The position numbers and the translations under genes were made by a program. Positions 1 through 6,687 of a DNA stretch of 32,000 nucleotides are shown here, piece after piece. Location: the NCBI GenBank assembly GCA_963676105.1, contig OY781039.1, forward strand, positions 1,740,001-1,772,000, given 5' to 3'. The stretch comes from Erysipelotrichaceae bacterium (GTDB lineage Bacteria > Bacillota_I > Bacilli_A > Erysipelotrichales > Erysipelotrichaceae). The notes under the pieces were generated by a model, which was not told the origin of the DNA, made no database searches, and worked only from the letters and a program-made list of their open reading frames with translations. Every line of letters starts with the position of its first letter. The first letter of the stretch is position 1.

Positions 1-42
1 TGAATCTTTCTTACAAGCACTACAAAGACAATCAACTGAAAC

Positions 43-66
43 AACCGAGTAAAATCGGTTTTTCAT
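43..66 (+). terminator. Rho-independent terminator of a gene entering from the left edge
   Basis: Hairpin AACCGA(43-48)-gtaaaa-TCGGTT(55-60) is followed by a T-rich stretch. A + strand frame open from position 2 (..LQRQSTETTE*) stops at TAA 50-52, inside the hairpin. Confidence 0.45.
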
Positions 67-83
67 TTTATTAATCATTCCTA

Positions 84-115
84 TTGACAGATTAAAGAAT
101 TGTAATTATTATAAT
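84..115 (+). promoter_or_regulatory. Sigma-A-type promoter of the fur-family/dps operon
   Basis: TTGACA at 84-89. TATTAT at 107-112 gives a 17-bp spacer; a TATAAT at 110-115 is also present. The RBS AAAGGA lies upstream of the ATG at 150. Confidence 0.45.
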
Positions 116-133
116 ATTATAATCATTACAATT
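98..133. promoter_or_regulatory. 36-bp near-perfect palindrome, a Fur/PerR-box-like operator overlapping the -10 region
   Basis: AATTGTAATtATTATAAT|ATTATAATcATTACAATT matches 17 of 18 positions per arm. The core TTATAAT/ATTATAA heptamers are those of the Bacillus PerR/Fur-type box consensus. Confidence 0.6.
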
Positions 134-149
134 ATATGAAAGGAACAAA

Positions 150-548
150 ATGAACTTTAAAGAAATTCTAATGAAACATGACATTCAACCATCAAACTAT
201 CGAATTAAGGTTTTAGAATGTTTAAGTCATTATGAAGAACATCCAACAGCGGAAGAGCTCTATCAAAGTTTATCAGATGTTTTTCCAACGATATCAAAGA
301 TGAGTGTCTATAACACAATCGAAGTTTTACTTAATGCTGGTCTAATTAAACGGATAACCATTGAAAACAATGAAGTACGTTATGACAGTATGTTAGAAAA
401 CCATGGTCACTTTAAATGTGAATCCTGTGGAAAAGTATTTAACTTCGACATTGATATGGATCACTTACCATTTAAGGGTTTAGAGAACTTTGAGATTGAT
501 AGTAAGGATGTGTACTTTAAAGGTATTTGTCCAGATTGTAATCATTAA
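150..548 (+). CDS. Fur-family metalloregulator (PerR-like by context)
   Basis: 132 aa with an N-terminal winged-helix region, an HGHFKCESCG motif and a C-terminal CPDC (two CxxC pairs, the structural Zn site of Fur/PerR/Zur). It sits directly upstream of dps and behind a palindromic operator. Confidence 0.85.
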   Translation: MNFKEILMKHDIQPSNYRIKVLECLSHYEEHPTAEELYQSLSDVFPTISKMSVYNTIEVLLNAGLIKRITIENNEVRYDSMLENHGHFKCESCGKVFNFDIDMDHLPFKGLENFEIDSKDVYFKGICPDCNH

Positions 549-583
549 TTTAAATTTAAAGCGCAGTTTGAAAGGAGTACAGT

Positions 584-1021
584 ATGTACAAAAAATTATG
601 TAAGTATTTAGCAAACCTTAACGTTCTTAACGTTAAACTTCACAACATTCATTGGAATGTCGTAGGACCTCAATTCATGAGTGTTCACAACTTCACAGAA
701 GAAGCTTATGACACCCTATTTGGCTATTATGATGATGTAGCTGAAATCCTAAAAATGAGAGGACATTATCCTCACGCATCTCTTGCGAAATATCTTGAAG
801 CGACAAGCATTAAAGAAATTGAATCAAAAGATATTTGTGTTGCAGACGCATTAAAATTGGTCAGTGATGACTTTGATGAAATGTTAGAATTAGCATTCAT
901 TATCCGTCGTGAAGCAGATGAACAAGGTGATGTAACTTTAGTTTCGACCCTTGAGGATCAAATTGCTTATTACCAAAAAAATCTTTGGTTTATTAAATCA
1001 ATGTTAACTAAAAAAGCTTAG
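584..1021 (+). CDS. dps: Dps-family DNA-protecting ferritin-like protein
   Basis: 145 aa. It carries the HWNVVGPQF...VHNFTEE motif typical of Dps ferroxidase-centre helices. RBS is GAAAGGAG. There is no terminator between it and the Fur-family gene. Confidence 0.9.
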   Translation: MYKKLCKYLANLNVLNVKLHNIHWNVVGPQFMSVHNFTEEAYDTLFGYYDDVAEILKMRGHYPHASLAKYLEATSIKEIESKDICVADALKLVSDDFDEMLELAFIIRREADEQGDVTLVSTLEDQIAYYQKNLWFIKSMLTKKA

Positions 1022-1027
1022 TTGAAT

Positions 1028-1055
1028 AAAGAGGTCAATAAATGACCTCTTTTAT
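1028..1055 (+). terminator. Rho-independent terminator after dps
   Basis: AGAGGTCA(1030-1037)-ataaa-TGACCTCT(1043-1050) is followed by TTTAT. Confidence 0.7.
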
Positions 1056-1056
1056 A

Positions 1057-1084
1057 TTGACTTCAGTGTTTAAAATGGTATATT
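1057..1084 (+). promoter_or_regulatory. Promoter of the DUF134/NifX operon
   Basis: TTGACT at 1057-1062, a 16-bp spacer, and an extended -10 TGgTATATT at 1076-1084. Confidence 0.55.
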
Positions 1085-1086
1085 AA

Positions 1087-1106
1087 TTATGAACATATGT
1101 TCATAA
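1087..1106. promoter_or_regulatory. Perfect 20-bp palindromic operator with a LexA/Cheo-box-like core
   Basis: TTATGAACAT|ATGTTCATAA is a perfect palindrome located between the -10 and the RBS (AAGGAGAAG). The inner 12 nt, GAACATATGTTC, equal the core of the B. subtilis LexA consensus CGAACATATGTTCG. Confidence 0.6.
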
Positions 1107-1115
1107 AGGAGAAGC

Positions 1116-1880
1116 ATGGGTCGACCACATAAAAAAAGATGTGTTAGTCATCGTCCACGATGCAATCAATTTACACCGCTATGTGCGCCTGATGAAGATG
1201 TCACATTGACTTTGGATGAGTTTGAAACCATTCAATGGATTGATGTAGAAGGATTGAGTCAAGAGAACTGTGCAAACGTTATGAACGTATCAAGAACTAC
1301 GGTACAAAGAGCTTATGCGAGTGCGCGTGAAAAAATTGGTTATGCGTTAGTTAATGGAGCAGCAATCAATATTGAAGGTGGACCAATTGAAATGGTTAAA
1401 CCTTCAGTAATTAATAAACATTTAAATGATAGAGGAGAATTACATTTGAAACTTGCGATTGGAATAATGAACAACAAAGTGTCTATGCATTTTGGACCAT
1501 GTAATGACTTTAGAATTATTACGATAGAAGACGGACAAGCTGTTAAATCAGAAGATATCCATGATGAAGTTCATGTTCATCAAGAACGTCCACAATTCTT
1601 GAAAAACCTAGGGATAGATGTATTGATTTTAGGTGGCATCGGGAAAGCTGCTTATAATCGTTTACTAGCATTAGATATTGAATGTATTGATGGGGCTGGG
1701 AAAGACTTAGATGAAGCACTTGAAGCCTATTTAAATAAAACGCTTGATAAGCCATTATTTGGTCATGCAAGCAATGGTCATGGAATGGGAAATCATGGTG
1801 TAAATGGACATGAACATCATGATCACGACCACATACATATCCACCACGCCAATGGTGGTAAGGGTAACAATAAAGCGTAG
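1116..1880 (+). CDS. Fusion protein: DUF134-type (UPF0251) HTH DNA-binding domain + NifX/NifB-like cofactor-binding domain + His-rich tail
   Basis: The N-terminus MGRPHKKRCVSHRPRCNQFTP...LTLDEFETIQWIDVEGLSQENCANVMNVSRTTVQRAYASAREK matches the DUF134 pattern (basic Cys-containing leader plus a sigma-70 region-4-like HTH). Residues ~110-210 are paralogous to the next ORF and look like the dinitrogenase FeMo-cofactor-binding (NifX/NifB C-terminal) fold family. The last 39 aa contain 11 His. Confidence 0.75.
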   Translation: MGRPHKKRCVSHRPRCNQFTPLCAPDEDVTLTLDEFETIQWIDVEGLSQENCANVMNVSRTTVQRAYASAREKIGYALVNGAAINIEGGPIEMVKPSVINKHLNDRGELHLKLAIGIMNNKVSMHFGPCNDFRIITIEDGQAVKSEDIHDEVHVHQERPQFLKNLGIDVLILGGIGKAAYNRLLALDIECIDGAGKDLDEALEAYLNKTLDKPLFGHASNGHGMGNHGVNGHEHHDHDHIHIHHANGGKGNNKA

Positions 1881-1951
1881 ATTTCTTCTTGCAACAACCA
1901 AAACGACTCTTTATCGTTATCCTTGCATATTTTGGCTTAAACATATATCTT

Positions 1952-1978
1952 AAAAAAGGTTTAATATAACCTTTTTTT
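1952..1978 (+). terminator. Weak intra-operon terminator or attenuator hairpin
   Basis: AAAAAAGGTT(1952-1961)-taatat-AACCTTTTTT(1968-1977). The stem is AT-rich with only a GG/CC core. The RBS GCAAGGAGAA of the next gene follows directly. Confidence 0.4.
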
Positions 1979-1997
1979 ATGCAAGGAGAAAAAATAT

Positions 1998-2336
1998 ATG
2001 TTATTGGCAATCGGTTTGGATAATGAAAATGTATCCAGTAATTTTGGAATGTGTAATGATTTTAGATTAGTTGAAATTGAAGATGGAATAGTTGTTTCTA
2101 CAAAAGATATCTTTAATGATGTTAATACCCATAAACAACGTCCACCATTTTTAAAATCATTAGGTGTTGATGTATTAGTCATGAATGGACTTGGCGCAAC
2201 AGCTTTTGATTTGCTTATTGGTTTAGGAATTCAATGTATTCATGGTCAAAATCTAAGTGCAGAAAAAGCGCTAGAAGCTTATTTAAATAATGAATTAACA
2301 ACTGAACTAGAATCAGTTGGTCCACACTGTTCTTAA
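1998..2336 (+). CDS. Stand-alone NifX/NifB-like (FeMo-cofactor-binding family) domain protein
   Basis: 112 aa. By eye, about half of ~100 aligned residues are identical to the C-terminal domain of the previous ORF (shared FG.CNDFR..EIEDG, QRP.FLK.LG.DVL, EALEAYLN). RBS is AAGGAGAA. Confidence 0.75.
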   Translation: MLLAIGLDNENVSSNFGMCNDFRLVEIEDGIVVSTKDIFNDVNTHKQRPPFLKSLGVDVLVMNGLGATAFDLLIGLGIQCIHGQNLSAEKALEAYLNNELTTELESVGPHCS

Positions 2337-2375
2337 TCAATTGACTTGCATTATTCAAGTTTTGTCCCTAGAATA

Positions 2376-2939
2376 ATGCACATGAGTCAGATAAAAAAAT
2401 ACAGTTTTATTTTCACATTAAGCATCTTTGCTTTATCTTTTATTAATATTATTTTTGCATTATTAGGACTGATTTGTTATTTCAGTCCTTTATACTTGTT
2501 TATGAAGTATAAGGATAAGACGTTTTGTAAAAAGTATTGTCCAAGAGCATCGCTTTTACAAACAATCTTTTCTAGGATTGGTTTACACAAACCTATTCCT
2601 AAATGGATGAATAATGAAAACATCAAAGAGTTTATGATCTATTATATGGGAGCTAATTTTATCTTTGCGATTCTTTCAACCACAATGATCTTCTTAGGAC
2701 GTATGGAACCGATGTCTTATATCCGATTGTTTATGGCTATTCCTACCTATGTTGAGTTACCTCAACTTATAACGATTGCTTTACCAGATTATTTAATTCA
2801 CTACAGTTATCGGATTCTATCGATGTTATTTTCATCGATATTAATTGGCTTTGTATTAGGTTTTATTTATGCCCCAAGAACATGGTGTGTGATATGTCCT
2901 GTTAATACATTAAGTGTACCTAGGAGTTTAAAAATATGA
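2376..2939 (+). CDS. Polytopic membrane protein with two Cys-x(2,3)-Cys-Pro motifs (NapH/NosR-type membrane 4Fe-4S-binding-like)
   Basis: It has several hydrophobic helices. FCKKYCPRASL and WCVICPVNTL resemble the (F/W)CxxxCP motif of membrane polyferredoxin-like proteins. The start is uncertain: ATG at 2376 or 2382, or TTG at 2346 as in the ORF track. Its stop overlaps the next start (ATGA). Confidence 0.6.
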   Translation: MHMSQIKKYSFIFTLSIFALSFINIIFALLGLICYFSPLYLFMKYKDKTFCKKYCPRASLLQTIFSRIGLHKPIPKWMNNENIKEFMIYYMGANFIFAILSTTMIFLGRMEPMSYIRLFMAIPTYVELPQLITIALPDYLIHYSYRILSMLFSSILIGFVLGFIYAPRTWCVICPVNTLSVPRSLKI

Positions 2940-3280
2940 TTAATCAAAAGACTGTTAATCTTTTCTACTATGCAGGATTAACATTACTAGTGTTTGATAT
3001 CTACAAAGCTTTTCAAGTAAATGCGTTTTGGGATATTTTTAAGAATCTAATTTTTATAGTTATCGTATTATATATGATATTTATTTATCCAAAAAGACGG
3101 TTAAATTTAACTGAAGATATCTTCTCTATTCTTTTTATATATTTCTTAGCCTATGGAATTCGATCAGTTATGAATGCTTACTACATAGGCATAATTGTTT
3201 CAATTATCTATACAGTCGGTATAATTGCTTATAAAGTGTATCGTAAGAAACACAAGTATTCTTTTTATTTAAAGAAGTAG
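2936..3280 (+). CDS. Small integral membrane protein, unknown function
   Basis: 114 aa with about 4 hydrophobic segments. It is translationally coupled to the upstream gene by a 4-nt overlap. Confidence 0.55.
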   Translation: MINQKTVNLFYYAGLTLLVFDIYKAFQVNAFWDIFKNLIFIVIVLYMIFIYPKRRLNLTEDIFSILFIYFLAYGIRSVMNAYYIGIIVSIIYTVGIIAYKVYRKKHKYSFYLKK

Positions 3281-3286
3281 GAGTTA

Positions 3287-3700
3287 ATGATGGAAGACTT
3301 AAAAGAGTTTACAGGATTTTTAATCATCGCTTCAATGGCTGTTTTATCATTTAGGTATGTATTAAAATTTGTATTTAAAAAATATGGTAAACAGTTAGAT
3401 GAAAGTCTAAGAGCTAAACTAGTATCTCTAATGACCTTCAATAAAAAGATTCATCCTTTTGTAGCCTATGCAGCTGTTGGCTTTGTTGTGTTGCATGTCT
3501 ATGTTGTGACTGGATTTAATTTGCGTTTTAATTTCACAGAACTAAGCGGGATATTTGCGGCATCATTTATTATTTTAAATATTATTGTTGGAATCTTAGG
3601 TCAATATGTTATGACTAAACCACGACCTAAATGGTTTAAATTTATGCATCGATTATTAACTGTATTAGCTATTATTACCATCATTATTCATGTTGATTAA
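3287..3700 (+). CDS. Four-TM membrane protein with two His-x13-His helices (cytochrome-b-like spacing)
   Basis: 137 aa with RBS TAGGAG. The predicted TM helices contain H56/H70 and H121/H135, exactly 14 residues apart in each helix. Confidence 0.6.
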   Translation: MMEDLKEFTGFLIIASMAVLSFRYVLKFVFKKYGKQLDESLRAKLVSLMTFNKKIHPFVAYAAVGFVVLHVYVVTGFNLRFNFTELSGIFAASFIILNIIVGILGQYVMTKPRPKWFKFMHRLLTVLAIITIIIHVD

Positions 3701-3734
3701 AAACCCTTGAGAACTTAACTCAAGGGTTTTTTTT
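3699..3734. terminator. Bidirectional rho-independent terminator between convergent genes
   Basis: AAAAA-CCCTTGAG(3704-3711)-aacttaa-CTCAAGGG(3719-3726)-TTTTTTTT. The stop codon of the minus-strand GGDEF gene lies in the stem. Confidence 0.75.
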
Positions 3735-5270
3735 ATCATAGATAACGACTCTATTACGACCAGTTGTTTTAGCCTTATACATCGCTTTGTCCGCTTTTGA
3801 GATAAGTGCATCAAGATTATCGTTTTCATCTGCAAATGCCACACCAGCACTTATGGTTAATTTAAAACTAGGATCTTCTTTAATAAATGAAAATTCCTGC
3901 ACATCACTTAATGTTCGTTGAGCAAGTTTAAGTGCTTCACTTTGACTATCAATTTTAATCAATACAACAAACTCTTCACCACCATATCGAGTGACAATAT
4001 CAGAGCTTCTAAACCGTTTTCTAAGTAATGCGCCAATATTTCGAATGACATCATCACCAACCGCATGACCATAGGTGTCATTGACGACTTTAAAGAAATC
4101 AATATCGAAGAATAATACAGCTAGTTTATAGAATTCATTATGATTAGATGATAACCAGTTGTTACCTTGATCAATAAGTTCACGTCGATTATTAAGTGAA
4201 CTGAGTTCATCGGTTTTAGATAATTTTTCAAGTTCTATTCTTGATTTAACTTTGTTTGTTGTTTGATTTATGATTTTTAAACGCCCTACCACTTTTCCTG
4301 AATTATTTTCAATGGATCTGGTTTTAACTTCCCAATATTCATCATGTTCAAAACTATAATATTCAAATATACCTGCATTATTGTTAAAAACTTCTTGTAA
4401 GTCTTTGTTTTGATTTAAGATGGTGTATTCAGAGTTAATCGCATTTTTATTTAATTCAACTGAATGGTGGTTTAAAAACTTTTCAGCTTCAAAGTTATAA
4501 TCCAGCACAATGTTACGATTACTAATAACGATAATTCCATCATGGCTTGATTGAAATAAATCAAAACGTACTTTGGACTTAAGTTGTAAGTTATCATTCA
4601 ATATTATTGAAACTGCTAATATAAATACACTTATAGGTAAGACGAGTGCTGTGTAATCTAAAGGTAGATTAAAAGGATCAAAGAGTCCAATTAAAACCGC
4701 AATAACAGGGAGAATACTGGCAAGTAACATCGCTCCATATTTCCGTTTCTCATTTGGTCCGCTTTTTACAAATTCAATCACAAACATAACGATAACGGCT
4801 AAGGTTAGAACTAATACATAAACAATATGTATGTAATAACCTAAACCAGAAGTTGTGTTGATTAGCCAAAAATTATCCAATTGAACTAAATGAGGATCAG
4901 AATAGAACCCGTTATGGAAATCATTGGTAAAACGCATGAGTATTGTGATAAATGGAAGTATGAAAAATATAAATGAAGTAAGTGAAAAGAATTTCTTAAT
5001 TTTCCCTAAATAAAGCAAACTAACAACTAGCCAGACTGAATTAATTAACGGGATAGGTATGTATTCAAAATCAACCCAAAAGATGGCTGCTTCAACGGTA
5101 TGGCTGTTGAGTTCAGCAAGATATCCAAAATCATACATAAATACCAACAACATTAAAAAGGCAAGGGCATAGGAATATTCACTCTTACCATTATTTATTA
5201 AATAGAAAGCTAAAAAAGTTGTGATTAATGCCGCGATAAAAATATACATCGTTATAATGTTCAACAACAT
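3720..5270 (-). CDS. Membrane-anchored diguanylate cyclase (multi-TM sensor + PAS-like linker + GGDEF)
   Basis: 516 aa. The N-terminal ~230 aa form 7-8 hydrophobic helices. The C-terminal domain has RYGGEEFVVL (a GGEEF active site) with an RSSD I-site five residues upstream, plus DIDFFKVVNDTYGH. RBS is AAAAGGAGAG. Confidence 0.9.
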   Translation of the reverse strand: MLLNIITMYIFIAALITTFLAFYLINNGKSEYSYALAFLMLLVFMYDFGYLAELNSHTVEAAIFWVDFEYIPIPLINSVWLVVSLLYLGKIKKFFSLTSFIFFILPFITILMRFTNDFHNGFYSDPHLVQLDNFWLINTTSGLGYYIHIVYVLVLTLAVIVMFVIEFVKSGPNEKRKYGAMLLASILPVIAVLIGLFDPFNLPLDYTALVLPISVFILAVSIILNDNLQLKSKVRFDLFQSSHDGIIVISNRNIVLDYNFEAEKFLNHHSVELNKNAINSEYTILNQNKDLQEVFNNNAGIFEYYSFEHDEYWEVKTRSIENNSGKVVGRLKIINQTTNKVKSRIELEKLSKTDELSSLNNRRELIDQGNNWLSSNHNEFYKLAVLFFDIDFFKVVNDTYGHAVGDDVIRNIGALLRKRFRSSDIVTRYGGEEFVVLIKIDSQSEALKLAQRTLSDVQEFSFIKEDPSFKLTISAGVAFADENDNLDALISKADKAMYKAKTTGRNRVVIYDKKNP

Positions 5271-5365
5271 AGCGCTCTCCTTTTTAAAACAACCTAATTT
5301 AAGTATAGTCTTATTTAAGCTCTTTTTCTATTATATATAAATTTGCCTATAATTAGTTAATGAAT

Positions 5366-5396
5366 ATTAAAAACCCCAATCAATTGATTGAGGTTT
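5366..5396 (-). terminator. Rho-independent terminator of the repeat-protein gene
   Basis: On the minus strand, CCTCAATC-aatt-GATTGGGG (one G-U pair) is followed by TTTTT. Confidence 0.65.
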
Positions 5397-5400
5397 AAGA

Positions 5401-6687
5401 CTAATTTCTTTTACCTGTTGTTGTAGGTTTTTGTTGAATCCCAGAGTCTTCAGGTCTTGATCCTGCTGCATCAGATGTTCCTGCATCAGGATTACTAAAT
5501 TCACCTGCACTAGGATTAGGTTCTTGTGATAGTATTTCTGGATATGTTGTTGATAATGTATCGTGGAGTAATTCTAAACTTTCAATATCTGTTGCGGTAG
5601 TCAAACTTGTTTCATAAGTTGAGGTGTCGTAACCTGCAGTACTTATTTGACTTAACCAATCTTGGATAATTGATGTTAATCTTTCAATTTGTACATCATC
5701 TTGAGAAAGACGTGGATTAGTGTCAAGGATATCGCTATAAGTACTTGTGATTTCGTCATATAAAGTTTGTAATGCATCAAGATCTTCTATGACACTTAAA
5801 CTTATTTCGTAATCTGTGGTTGTTATACCTGCATCAGTGAGTTGAATTAATAAATTTTCAATGCTTGAGGTTAAACGATCGATTTGTATATCATTGCGTG
5901 CAGACTCATTAGTTGGTAATACATCAACATATGTTGTAGTTAATTCATCTAATAAAGCTAACAAACTATCCAAATCAGTGTTATCGACTAGATTAGCTTC
6001 ATAAGCACTAACATCGATTCCTTGTTCAGTTAAGTTGATGAGTATTGCATTAATGTTTGTGATAACACGATCAACTGCACGTGTGCTTGTGTTGAGTTCA
6101 GGTAATATCGCAATGTCAGAATATTCGCTTTGTAGAGTATCGTATAAAGCCAATAACTCAACGGTGTTCGCATCAGCTAATATTGTTTCATAATCTGCAA
6201 TATCATATCCAGCTTCACTTAGATCTTCCAACCATGCACTGATAATTGAGGATAAGTGTAACTCTAAAAATGTATCAGTTGTTGAGTTGATTGTATCTAA
6301 AGAATTAATGTAGCTAGAAAGTATATCATTATATAAATTTTCTAAACCACTTAAATCTGCATCAACCAATTCTGTTTCATAACTTGTTGTATCAATGCCT
6401 AATAAACTTAATTGTGCTAACCAGTCATTAATAATCGTAGTTAATCTTTGGGTTGCTTCAACATTAACATCAATTGGCTCAGCAGCTCTTAAATCAACAT
6501 TGGTAAAGTTTGAGAAGAGTCCATCTTTACTGTAATAATGGCCATCCTCATATGCGAAGGAAAACATTTCATTTGAACTAACTGAAATGCTTGTTATTTC
6601 CTTGCGAATGACAGAATCTGAGTTTACTACTGAGAATGTAGCTGCTAGTGTTAATGAACTAAGTGTAAATAATAATTTATTTTTCAT
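5401..6687 (-). CDS. Secreted protein with five tandem ~63-aa helical repeats and a Pro/Gly/Ser/Asp-rich tail
   Basis: 428 aa. The N-terminal signal-like sequence is MKNKLLFTLSSLTLAATFSVVNS, with no lipobox Cys. Five repeats share the pattern ..RLTS.I..WL.QL..AG.D.S.YE..L..A.D...L..LYD.L.S.Y.DIL. RBS is AAAAGGAGA. Confidence 0.8.
   Translation of the reverse strand: MKNKLLFTLSSLTLAATFSVVNSDSVIRKEITSISVSSNEMFSFAYEDGHYYSKDGLFSNFTNVDLRAAEPIDVNVEATQRLTTIINDWLAQLSLLGIDTTSYETELVDADLSGLENLYNDILSSYINSLDTINSTTDTFLELHLSSIISAWLEDLSEAGYDIADYETILADANTVELLALYDTLQSEYSDIAILPELNTSTRAVDRVITNINAILINLTEQGIDVSAYEANLVDNTDLDSLLALLDELTTTYVDVLPTNESARNDIQIDRLTSSIENLLIQLTDAGITTTDYEISLSVIEDLDALQTLYDEITSTYSDILDTNPRLSQDDVQIERLTSIIQDWLSQISTAGYDTSTYETSLTTATDIESLELLHDTLSTTYPEILSQEPNPSAGEFSNPDAGTSDAAGSRPEDSGIQQKPTTTGKRN
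5530..6456 (-). repeat. Five tandem protein-level repeats (aa ~78-130, 141-194, 203-256, 267-321, 332-386)
   Basis: I aligned these by eye from the translation; the period is 62-65 aa. Similarity is at the protein level rather than as near-identical DNA. Confidence 0.8.

Noticed and set aside
1543-2010. A 155-aa minus-strand ORF rich in His and Cys, together with the 73-aa ORF at 1961-2182.
   Set aside because: It lies entirely antisense to the DUF134/NifX gene and runs through the intergenic hairpin. It has no RBS. Its odd composition mirrors the His-codon tract on the other strand, so it is a spurious shadow ORF.
2346-2375. A TTG start for the CxxxCP membrane protein.
   Set aside because: There is no SD, and TTG is a rare start codon. 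In-frame ATGs at 2376 and 2382 sit immediately before the first hydrophobic helix. I kept the TTG only as an alternative.
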